Source: Cyanophora paradoxa CCMP329 (lineage: Eukaryota > Plantae > Glaucophyta). From it: a stretch of 64,000 nt of DNA. Shown piece after piece: positions 37,422 through 48,369 of this stretch. The stretch covers positions 434,001 to 498,000 of the forward strand of contig QPMI01000056.1 of assembly GCA_004431415.1 (NCBI GenBank). The letters run 5' to 3'. Position 1 is the first letter of the stretch. Every line of letters starts with the position of its first letter. Position numbers and translations under genes: made by a program. The notes under the pieces were generated by a model. That model saw nothing but the letters and a program-made list of their open reading frames with translations. It was not told the origin of the DNA and searched no databases.

Positions 37422-39360
37422 TCAGCGCTTGCCCACGGTCGGCTTCGCAGCCGCTGTCCGGGGCTTGATCTCTTGTTCGGTGGTCTGTGGGGGGGAAGGG
37501 GCGGTGAGGAGGACCTGCGGCGGGGGCGGGGGACAGGAGGGCGAGCGCGAGGGGGGTACCGGGTGCAGCATGATGTAGTTCTTGGCCGTCGCCGGGTTGT
37601 GGAACTCGGAGCCCTGCGGAGGGGGGTGCGTGAGCGGCAAAAGAGGGGGCGCGGCGCGGGCGCGAAGGGAGGGTGGGTTAGTACCTTGTACCAGTCGTAC
37701 GAAACAGCGTACGCGTAGATATCGCCCTGCAGAGGGCGCGTCAGGAGAAGTAGGGGGGGGGGAACGGCCGGGGGGTACGCTCACCGTCGCGTTAAAGCAG
37801 GACGCCGAGATGGGCTGGTTGGCGCGCGAGAAGGGCTTCAACCGCTGCTTCGAGTCCTGCGGGGTACAGCATGTCAGTCGGGGAGGGGGGGATCGAAGCC
37901 AGGGGGTACGCGATCTCGCGCGCCTTGTCCCAAAAGTTGAATGAGCCGTCGGAGCCGGCGGTTGCGAAGGTGCCGTACGTCGGGTGGAACACAATCGAGT
38001 TCACCGCGTAGATCTGTTTTAAGAGGGGGTACGGCGTTCGGCGGGGGCAGAGGAAGGGGGAAGGCGTTGAGGGGTACGGCGCGCCTCGTTGCCGTCGCGG
38101 TGGCACTTGAACGCGAAGTTCTTGCTGCGGGGCGGGATCAGGGGGCGAATCGGGGGGTACGCCGCCGGCATCCTCGAGCTCGGGGGGGTACGCACTCGCT
38201 GTTCTTGTCCTCCACGTGGTGCACGGCGACGCGTCCCTGCGGCGAAAGACCGGCCTCAGCAGGGGCGCAGGGAGGGGGTAGGAGAAGAAAGGGGGGTACG
38301 CGGCGCGCCTCGATAGAGCCAAGGGCGAATCCCGAGCGGTCGGGGAAGCACGCGACGCATCGGCTCTGGTACTTGAGAGGCGACGCGATCCGCTGCCGGG
38401 GTACGTCGAATCCGATCCTGGAGGGGGCGGGCAGAAGCGGAGGAGGGGTACCTTGTACTCGCGGGAGGCCTGCCGGACGTCGTAGATCACGATGTGCCGC
38501 TCGGCGGTGGCCACGACGAGGAGTGGCATCGCGAGGTCCATGGCGTAGACGCGCTCCGGGAGCTGGACGTTCAGGCCGGGGTTCGGCGTCCGCGTGTCCC
38601 AGTACCTGCGGGGTACAGGTTAGCAGGGGGGGGGGGCGGGAGGGGAGCGAGGGCGCGATCGCACTTGACTGTCTTGTCCCAGCTGCCCGTCGCGAGCATC
38701 TGCGTCGCTCCCTCCTCCGCCCACGCTATGCACTTGATCGGCGCGTCGTGCTGAGGGCGCGGAATCAGCGCCGCGGCGGCCGCGGCGGGCGGAGCGAGGG
38801 CGAAATGAGTCCCTGCGCCCACCTGCGCGACCTGGACAGGGCCGCTCCCTCCCAGCTGCCACATCTTAGCTGTCTTGTCGCAGGAGCCCGAGAAGACGCG
38901 CTGCCCGTCCTGCGGCGGCGCGGCGGCGGTCAGGAACGCCACCGCGCGCGACAAGAACGCTCTGGCGCGGCCGCCCTCGCGCACCGAGGACCAGCAGACG
39001 CAGAGGACCGGCGCGTCGTGGGAGATCGCAGCCCGCGGCACGCCCTTCATAGGGGCGTTGAAGCTCGCCGGCTGCACCTCCCAGCAGCGGACCTGCGCGA
39101 CGCAGCGCCTCAATAAGTCGCCAAGTGAATGCTGCCATCCTGCAAGACCGCGCGGCCGATCGGCGGGAACGCGCCTGGTTGTCCCACGAGCCGGCGACCA
39201 GAAAGTTCGCCTTCGGGCTGAATGCGAGGCTGGAAACTCCATCGGTCGGCGGCGAGTCGACTTCCGGGTCCTGCGAGGGCGCGAGGCGTTGGGCTCGCGC
39301 GGAAACGCCTGTAGCGCGCTGCAGAAGCACCTTGTTCGGGTTGTGCGTCGGGATGTTCAT
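37422..39360 (-). CDS. RAE1: mRNA export factor Rae1/Gle2 (WD40), 14 exons
   Basis: Spliced product HNPNKD...PPTDGVSSLAFSP...GSWDNQVRCWEV...HDAPVL...GSWDKTVKYWDTR...LPERVYAMD...SPLKYQSRCVACF...GSIEGRVAVHHV...FAFKCHR...IYAVNSIVFHPTYGTFATAGSDG...YAVSYDWYKG. Confidence 0.93.
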
Positions 39361-39450
39361 CAGACGCGCCGCTACTGCCGGTGTCCCGTACCCCGGCGGC
39401 TCTGTGTACCCCAGTTCGTCGGCGCAGCGGTTAGTTAAGAAGAAGGCGCG

Positions 39451-41350
39451 ATGGCCCCGCTGGCCGTGTTCGTCGTGACCGGAGGGTGCGGTTTCCTCGG
39501 CAAGCACATCGTGAACCAGCTGCTCGAGAAGAAGGGCGTGCAGGAGGCGCGCCCTGCCCGGCCCCGCCGCCGCGGGCGCAGTTGACCGGCGCGCGCGGCC
39601 GCAGGTCCGAGTATTCGACCTGGTTACGAACCACAAATGGGACGACGCACGCGTGAAGGTCATCGCCGGCGACCTGCGCGACTCGGCACAGGTGTCCAAG
39701 GTGGTCGCTGGCTCTGACTGCGTCATGCACGTCGCGTCGGCCAACCCACTGTCCAAGAACAAGAAGCTCCTGTGGGATGTTAACGTTCTGGTGCGCTAGC
39801 TCCGGCCGCGCGCCGCCGCTGGGCCGGCCCGGCCCGGCGGTTGGCCGCTCGGGCTGCCGCCGCCGCCGCGCGCCGCGCGCGCGCCGCACCGGCGCTTACG
39901 AGTCGGCCGCAGGGCACCAAGAACGTCATCGACGCGTGCGTGGAGCACGGCGTGACCCGCCTGGTCTTTACCTCCTCCGCGAGCGTTATCTACGACGGCA
40001 AGGACCAGAAGGCCGGCGACGAGACGCTCTCGTACCCCGAGAAGTACCGGTGCGCGACCCTAGAACGCTTCACCGGCGCGCGCCGAGCGCGTCGAGCGGG
40101 CGGGCGCGCGGGCGGGCGGCGGGGGCGCAGCGACGCCTACTGCGAGTCTAAGGCGGAGGCCGAGCGCATCCTTTTGAAGGCCAACGGCTACGCCACGAAG
40201 GCCCGCTACCCGTCCCATCCCGGATCATCAAATCTCGGATCAAATCTCAGCCGCTCGCAGGCCGGCGCGTCGAAGCCGCTGCTGACGGTTTCGCTGCGCC
40301 CGCACGGCATCTTCGGCGAGTACGACCCCCTCCTGGTCCCCAACGTCGTCGAGCAGGTGCGAACGAAGCGAAGTTCCCGGTACCCCGCCGCTCGCCCTCC
40401 CGAGCGGTACCCCAGGCGCGCAAGGGCAAGATCAAGTGGATCATCGGCGACGGCGGCAACGTGCGTCCGGCGCTTTTCCCCCCCTTCCTGCGCCCGGACA
40501 CCTGAGAGGGGGGTACAGGTCGTTGATTTCACGTACGCCGGCAACGTGGCGCACGCTCACATCGTCGCGGCGGACGCCCTCGTGCCGGGGGCCGCCCTCT
40601 GCGGCCAGGCGAGCGCCCCGTACCCCCCCCCCCCCGCTCCTCGCCCCCCGGAAACGACCCGTCCCCCCCCGGCTGAACCCGTACCCCCCCGCAGTGCTAC
40701 TTCATCACGAACGAGGAGCCGGTCCGCTTCTGGGACTTCCTCGGCAGGATCAGGTACCCCCCTGCAGTCGTTTCCCCCCCCCCCCGCCCCCGCTCTTAAA
40801 AGTGCGGAGGCGCGTATCCCTGACCCCATGCTCACAGCGGCGGCCTCGGGTACGAGAAGCCGCGCCTGAAGATCCCGTACTCCGTCATGCTCGTCATCGG
40901 TGCGCGCCGTACCCCTCCCGCCCCGCTCCCTTCCGTTGAGCTCCGTACCCCCTAGGCTGGCTGGTCGACTTCTTCGTCATGATCCTCTCCCCCTGCGTCA
41001 CCCTCCGCCCCGTCCTGACCCTCTCCAAGGTAGTCGTACCCCGGTTCCCTGATCTTCGATTTGCTGCGCCTAATTTTGCTGTACCCCAGGTCCAGCTCGC
41101 CGGCACGCACCACTACTACAGCAGCGCGAAGGCCAAGGTCCGCCCGCCCCCTCCCCGCCCCTCCTTTCCGCCCCTCCCCCCGGCCCTGCTAGGCTATAGT
41201 TCGGACCAGCCCGACCCCCCCTAGCCCCGGGCCCCCTTCCGACTCCGCTGACTTCGTTCGCAGCGGGACTTCGGGTACGTACCCCCCGTGAAGCTCGACG
41301 AGGCGCTGCGGCGTACCCTGGTCTTCTTCTCGGACCTCAAGAAGAAGTGA
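39451..41350 (+). CDS. NSDHL: 3-beta-hydroxysteroid dehydrogenase/C4-decarboxylase (NSDHL/ERG26 type), 12 exons
   Basis: VTGGCGFLG Rossmann motif, VNVLGTKNVIDAC, FTSSASV, catalytic YCESK, LRPHGIFGE, DFTYAGNVAHAH, YFITNEEP, AKAKRDFGY; ends DLKKK*. Confidence 0.88.
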
Positions 41351-42223
41351 TCGTGATCACCGCGCGCCGGCGCGCGGCCGCGGGTAGCGGCCCCGCCTGG
41401 CGCGTTTCTAGCCTAGTACCCGTTCTAGATTAGTATAAGCCTCGCAGCCTGGCAGTCGCCGAGCCCCGTGGCGCCGTCGCACTAGGCGGCTGGCTTATGA
41501 TTAGTGGCTGCCGCGGGCGGGGCGGGCCCCGAACCGGGCCCGCCGGGCCGCCCGCCGCTGCGGGCCGTTGCGGGAACTTGCGGCCCGGCGCCGCGGCGGG
41601 CCGGCGGCGGCGGGCCGAGCCTAGGCCTCGGACTCCGGGAGGCCCGGCGCCCGGCCGGGGCCGGCGCCGTGCGGCCGTATACGTACGCGTGGCGGCCCGC
41701 CGGCCGGCTTTCGCACTCCGGTACCCGGTGAACGATGAACACGAACACACGCATGAACGAAATGCAACCACGTACCCCAGTCTTGATCATGATGCACACC
41801 GGCATGCCGCACGTACTGGCAGCACTGCGATCGCCCGGCCGCCAGGCGCATCGGCCTATAGCTAGCTATACAGACTTTGGGTGCCAGCTGGCAAGCTGTG
41901 AGAGCAGCAGCTACAGCCGCGCTAACGCTGAGCTGTGCACAAGCAGCCGCTGAGCTGCTGGTTTAATTTTGGGAGCTCGGTGCTACTGCGGTACGACGGT
42001 ACGCGCCCTGCGCCGCGCCGCACGCGGCGGCCGCGGCCGCGGCCGCCGGCCGGCCGCGGCCGCGCCGCGGTCGGCACGCGTACGCCGCGCGCGACGTACG
42101 CTCGAACCACGCGCTCGCGGCGCCGGCCGAGCCTAGGCCTTAAGCTTAGCTTCCAGGCCTAGGCCAGCTGCAGCTAGCGCTGCCCTGACCTGTCGGCCGC
42201 GGACGCGGGCCGGGCGCGCAGAC

Positions 42224-44115
42224 ATGAGGCGGACCATGTACATGTCAGACAAGGGCAAAAGCCCCGAGGTTCGCCCGCTTGCACTCCGTCGTGCATCGCA
42301 TTTCTATGCCTTGACCGGTCGACGTGGCGGGCCTGTCGATGTCGATGTCCTCCCTCCAGACGCCGCGCGGGGGAAGTTCGAATTCGCAGCCCTTCGCGCC
42401 GCGCCTGTTCAACCCGTACGGCCCGGCCCCAGAGGTTCGCGATCGAATTCGTTGAAGGTCGCCCGGTCCGCGCCGGCGCCGCGCGCGCATTGAACTTAAG
42501 CTTCGGGCCGGGGGCGCAGGACGGGTCGACGCCGACGTCTGCCCGTGGCCATGGCCACGGCCCGCTCGGCTCGCTCGGGTCCCTCTCCGGCTCCGTGAGC
42601 GCCAGCCGGTCGGACTCGCTCTCGCTCTCCGCGAGCCGCAGCCGCTCCGACTCGTACGGCACGGCACGCAACTCCAAGCCGTCGGGCCCGCCCCTCAAGG
42701 TTCGAATTCGCCCATTCGCATGGCCATGACATGACCGGTCGGGCCCGGCCCGGGGCGGCGCCGCGCCCGGCGACACGCATCGAGCCCTGCCCCGCGAGTA
42801 CAGGCGCCTTAGGGCCTCTGCTAAGCCTATCGAGCCTGACGCCCGTTCGCATGTGCGCAGCTGCCGAATGCCAGCGGCAAGTACCTAGTGTGCCCCCCCC
42901 AGGAGTCCGACCACTTCAGCGGCCCCGCCGGCAAAGTGAACCACGTGCGCGCGGGCCCCGGGCCGAGCCGCTCTCAGATGCCTCCGCGCGCGCTCATGAT
43001 CGGGACCCCTACCCGGCCCGGCCCGCAGCTGTACAGACCGGTCCCGGTGGAGAGCCCTGATGGGCTCAAGAGCGACAAGGTCGTGTGCTGCCCCCTCGAC
43101 TTTGGGTGATCATGTACCCCGGCCCCGTCCCCGCGCGCGAACAAAATATTAATCAAGCCCGGTCCGCTGGCAGGTACCCCGGAGTGGCGATTCAGAAGCT
43201 GCACTGGCACCTGAACGAGTGCCGGGACGTGATGGGGTACCCCTTCGACGCGGACGGGCACCTGATCGGGACGCCCATCGCTCCCGAAGAAAGGGACGCG
43301 GTGCGCAGACCCGGCCTGCGCCCGAGCCGAGACTATTTTAAACTTTCTCTCTCCCGCCCGCGGTTCTCTCCTTATGCGCAACCGCAGCCGCCGACCGACC
43401 CGCACGCGTCGTTTGTCGGCCCAAACGGCATCGTCAAGGAGCCTGCGCCCGCCCGGGACCCCTCCGTGCGCGCCCTTGGAACTCAGCTTTTCGGCTCTCT
43501 GGTACCCCCTAGGCCTGACCGGTACCCGACCGGCCCAGGACCCAAAGGTGGGGTACCTGTGGGGCCCGCCCCCCGACAGGGGCGAGGTCAAGTACCATTA
43601 CCCCACCGAGTCCGCCGTACCCCCCCCCCCTCCCCGCCTCTATCCCCCCTCGAAGTTGACTAGGCGACGCTGCGATCAGGTACGGGTACATGTATAACCC
43701 TAAGACGGACGGGCCGCACATCTCGGCGCCCGAGTGCGTCCCCCCCCCCACCCCCCCCCCCCGCCTCCCGCCCCCCCGCCCCCTCCCTCGGTTCAGCTGA
43801 GGGCCGGGCCGACAGGCAAGCCCGGTCGGGGTACCCCATCAATTCTATCCTCAAGGAGAGTGCAAACGCCAACAAAATCGCAGACGATGTGCGTCGTACC
43901 CCCCTCTCGCCCCCCCACCCCCACCCCCACCCCACCCCACCCCCACACGGGCCCCTCCCCCCTCTTCCCCCCCAAATTCGAGCCCCGCGTTCGCATCGCA
44001 GAAGCGGCTTGCCTTGGCCCAGAACACTTCGAATTACAACTGGAACCCCGCTTACTTGGTTCGAGCACCCCGACCCAATATTAATGCGCTGAACATGCCG
44101 TACATAGAGAGATAG
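42224..44115 (+). CDS. Hypothetical multi-exon protein (Ser-rich N-terminus, Pro/Gly/Tyr-rich body)
   Basis: About ten exons join in frame across GT-AG introns: MRRTMYMSDKGKSPE...YPGVAIQKLHWHLNECRDVMGYPFD...YLWGPPPDRGEVKYHYP...NALNMPYIER*. No family recognised. Confidence 0.65.
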
Positions 44116-46512
44116 CCTCGTACCTTTGATAAAGACTCTGAGAGTTGATAAAGGACACCGTTAGAGTGATAAAGGACACCCAGTGCAGGCAAAGTCTTGC
44201 CCGACACGTACAGGGCAGAGTCTTCACTCTACGGCCACACCTAAGCCACCTTAGGCTATCTCTCTTGCCGTACACTGATCACCACGGACGGACGCCTCAT
44301 GCAGCTCTTCAAGGACACTCTGTTCGCTCCGAACCTGCACCTGGGTGCGCGTGTGCGTGGGACGCGTGACGCGTGCACGTGCACGTGAGTCTAGATCTAG
44401 ATCTAGACTCTGAGAGCGCCTCCGGGGCTATGAGCTTCGAGCTTCGTGGGCGTCGGTAGCCTGACGATGAACTTGGGGGGGTACAGCGATGCGGGGCCTG
44501 GGAGGGGACCAAGCCATCGCTCGGGCGGTGGAGGAGCGTCCGGGGAAGGTGCGCCCTCGAGCTCTAGATCTAGGTGCAGATCTGGGCCCAAGCTTCTGCA
44601 GCTGCAGCTGGCTATAATTCTAGATCTGACGGAGATCTTTCGCGCTCCGGCCCCGCGTTTAAAGGCCTTCCCTATAATTTTAAAGGCCTTCCTATAATTC
44701 TGGTTATGTGTCCGCGCTCCGGCCTCGCGTTTAGTTTCTGACGTCCGGGCGCTCCGGATCCGGATCCGGTCCGCGGCCGGCCCTTCTATGAAGCTGCAGG
44801 ACCTCAGGGCCGGCAGAGTGAGGCTGGACGACCCCAAGGCGAAGGTCGCCGCCAAGCTCGCGGACCCGAACGCGCCGGCGCCAGCGAACGCGAACGCCGG
44901 CGGCGGGGGCGGGGGCGGCCGGGTCGCCCGGGCCGCCCGGGCCCTCAAATTCTGGAAGGCGCTCGACAGCGACGACCACTGCGCCGGCACCTCGGACGAC
45001 GTCAACTTCGACGGCGCGGTCCGGATCCGCCGCTCATGATCACCTGAGACGCCCCCATCCCCCGCCCCCGCTCATGAGTACCCGCGCACGCTCAGGTGAC
45101 GCCCTACACGGCGGGGGACGATGCCGACGCCGACGCCGGGGGGTGGGGCGAGGGAGAGGCCGGCGCGGGCGCGGATGGGCTCCTCGACGGGGCGGCGTGG
45201 CTCGAGGGCGCAGGCGCGGATCCGGAGGGCCCCGCGGGGCCCTTCGCGGCGCTCGAGCGCTCGCCCCTCCTCTGAGGCCCGGGCCCCGGGCCCGGGCTGG
45301 GCCGGGGGTGGCTTATATTTATTTAGTTCGCCCTAAACTTCGCTTCGGGCTCCGCTTCAGCTTCCCGCCCGCATGCGCGGCGCAGCTGCAGCAGGCCCGA
45401 GATCGCTGGCTGATCATGACAGTCATGACAGTACTAGTCATGTACATGTGGTCAATCACTCAATTCAATCTTCCAAGAAAGGGCAAGCCTGAAGCGCGCG
45501 CGGAGGGCTCGGCAGTATCAAGAGGGGGCCGTCGCCCGGCCGGGTGATCATGATCATATGCATATATATGCATGCGCTGGCTTCGGGGCTGTCGACGTCG
45601 ATCGCGATGCGTACCCCTTTTTTTGCAAAAGTGGACGTCGCATTGATACACCACGGAACACATGTATCGATGTTCTACGTGACGTGCCCTTCCGACCGGT
45701 CAACTATCTAGCCGAAGGTGCTAGCTAGGTGCCGGCCATGGGTCGCTCAATATGGGAGGTTCGCCTGAGTGGGGGATCCGGAGCCATGGTTTTCGGTGAT
45801 AGCCGTAACCAGACCCGCGCGCCCACCCCTTGATCAACTCCTCCATCCCTCATGAGCCCTGGAAGTGAAATGTCTCGCAGTCCGCCGCCCTCCCTTGCCG
45901 CCGCTCCGCCACCCCTCCTCCTCCTCACTCTGCCTCCTCCCTCCTCCTCACCTGCGCATGCGCCCCAGGACCCCGATTAATCGGTGTCCGATCGCGATGC
46001 GTACCCCGCGCCCCTTCTAAATCTCTGTACCCCCGGGGCTCACTATTAATATTGCTGCGTACCCATGGCCAGCGCGGGCCCCTGTGCCATGGCCTGCACA
46101 TTCATATGCATCGCGATCGATATCGCGATCGGCGATACCTAGGCCTGTTGCGCCCTTAATTATTAGGCCTTCGATTCTCTAATCTGTACCCCTAGCTATA
46201 GTGCTAGCGCTGCAGCGCTAGCTCAGCGGCTGGCGCGCATGTACTGTTGCTGCGCCGGGCGCCGTGCACGTGCGCGTGCAGATGCAGATCTAGATCTAGA
46301 GCGTCGGGCCCGGGCCCCTACCCCCCGGGCCCCCGCTTGCAATTGGCCCCCCGTTCTGCGTGACACAGTGTACCCCCGCCTTCCGAAGTTCTTTTCCCGA
46401 TCGATATCGCGAGCTCTGACGTCGACGCCCCCGGCCCGCTCGGGCCCGCCGTCACGTGCACCCTGGCCCGGCCCCCGGCCCGGCAGCCTACCGGTACTCC
46501 CGCGCTACCAAC

Positions 46513-46677
46513 TTGATTCTGTATTTTGTGCTACTTTACTGTATCTTTGATTTGTGTGAGACTACGGTGGAACGTTAACGTGGGGCGAACCCCCCGTAGG
46601 TAGTGATATTAAGGACAACAAAGCAATCACAAACCAAAGATACAGTAAAGTAGCTATAGCACAAAATACAGAATCAA
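46513..46677. repeat. Inverted repeat, ~45-50-bp AT-rich arms around a ~70-nt structured spacer
   Basis: 46513-46556 is the reverse complement of 46628-46677, with one indel and one mismatch. Confidence 0.85.
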
Positions 46678-48369
46678 TTGCAAGAGGGATCACGAGAAGG
46701 GACACGATCAGATCTAGAAGAACGCAAAAGATAAGGAGAACGAGCACGAGGAGAAGGAGTAGAAGAGCTCAAGGACGTCACACTAGTAGACGCAGAAGTA
46801 CTAGTCACAGTAGAACGACGAGGAGCACGGGGACGCAGCGAATAAGGAGAACGAGCACGAGGAACTACAGTCGAAGACGAAGATCTAGATGAAGACGACG
46901 AAGATCTAGACGATTCAATGATTCCAGCGCTACCGCAGCAGCGGGCTAATTATAAGCAGCCGCTGAGCCCTGAGCCCTGAAGCCTGAAGTATTCGTGAAC
47001 TCAGCCGTCTGCGTGCAGTTGCGTGGGATTTGGGGTACATCGGTTCTGGGAAGGAAAGAGCCTTCAAGCAGAAGCAGTGCGAACGTAGGTACCGGGCGAT
47101 AATTTAGAATTAGAAATTAAGGCTGGAGTCGGGAAACCGCCGACCGTCAAAAACCGGTTCGGTGCTTCGTCCACGTCCCGGGCCCCCGGCGGCGCCGGCG
47201 CCGGCCCGCCCGCGCGGCGCCCCGGGCCCATGCAGGCATGCGCATGCGCAGCAGCGCAGGCCGGGCGCCCGGCCGGCGCGGCGGCGCCCGGCCCCCGGGC
47301 CCGGGCCCCGGCCCCCGGCCGGGGCCGGCCCCCGGGCCCCGGCCGCGGCCCCGGGCCCGGGCCCGGCCGGGCCCGGCCCGGGCCCACGGCCGCGGCCGCG
47401 GCCCGGCCGGTCCGGTCTGGCCGGCCAAGCCTGGCCGCAAGCCAAGCCGGGCCCCAGAAGCCCGGGCCGGGCCGGTGCCGGCTGGCCGGCTTGGCGCTAC
47501 CACCCGTACCCGGGGAGCATGCCAGGAAGATCGACCTGGGAGAAATGAATCGCTTTCTTGTTCTTCAAGCGAGAGGGGGGGGGGAAGAGAGCACCGGGGG
47601 GTGCCGCGATTCGAAACCTGTGCCTGGAGCTCGGCTCCAAGGGCGCGCGTGGGCTCGGCGCTAGCAGCACTCGCTTTGAATCGGCGCGCATGCTCTCCAG
47701 TTCCAGTCTCGACGAAGCCCTCCGTCCTTTTCGCCCCGCGGTCGGCTCGCCTTGTCACGGCGTTTGGCACGCAGACGACAGGCACGGGGCCGTGCGCACG
47801 ATCCCCGAACTTCATGTACGCTATAGATGCGTAGTTGCGCGTCCGGAGCGGCCGCGCCTTGCCTTTTTCCCGGGCCCAGAAGCCGCGCACGAGCCAGCGA
47901 TCACCGCTACGTGCGCCCCGGTCGCTCATGACCTCAGCCGCTTGCCAACGCACTCTCCGCAGAGAGCTCTTTGCGTGGCGAGCTCCGTTCTCCATGGCGC
48001 GCTCCCCCCTTGCCCTGCGCACAATCTGTGCGTTTGTTGACAGCCGGGCCTCCTCATTCACCGCTACAGCCTGGGTCTGGAGCACGCGCACTCGACATAT
48101 GCAATGTACGTTCTCTGCGGAGCGTCGTCCTGCGCCGCCCTCGCAGCTCCGTGTGCCGCGCGCCGCTGACGTCCCAAAGCAGGTCCATTCGTGCTCCTGG
48201 CTCACGGATACGCGCACGTGGACTGACTGGGCCAGCGCGACCTTCTAACAGCATGCTAAATCTCGTTCGGGGGTCTTCCCAGCCCTCGCCGCCGCCTGCG
48301 CCGAGCGCCGCTGACGGCCTCCTACATGCTGCAGATCGAATCGTGCTGCGAAGGCTGCACGAGGCCTAG

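Noticed and set aside
5145-39360. A mitotic-checkpoint cluster linking the CDC20-like gene and RAE1
   Set aside because: They are ~28 kb apart with unrelated genes between, and nothing indicates co-regulation.
41350-42210. Palindrome-rich GC intergenic stretch as a MITE
   Set aside because: No defined terminal inverted repeats or TSD; similar low-complexity palindromic tracts occur at 1369-1432 and 45550-46200.
44788-45039. 83-aa ORF MKLQDLRAGRVRLDD...
   Set aside because: Protein-like, but no recognisable domain or supporting exons; it could be a fragment, so it is not called.
47147-48217. 356-aa ORF as the transposase of the TIR element
   Set aside because: No DDE, HTH or recombinase motif, and it runs into GC-only TIR sequence.
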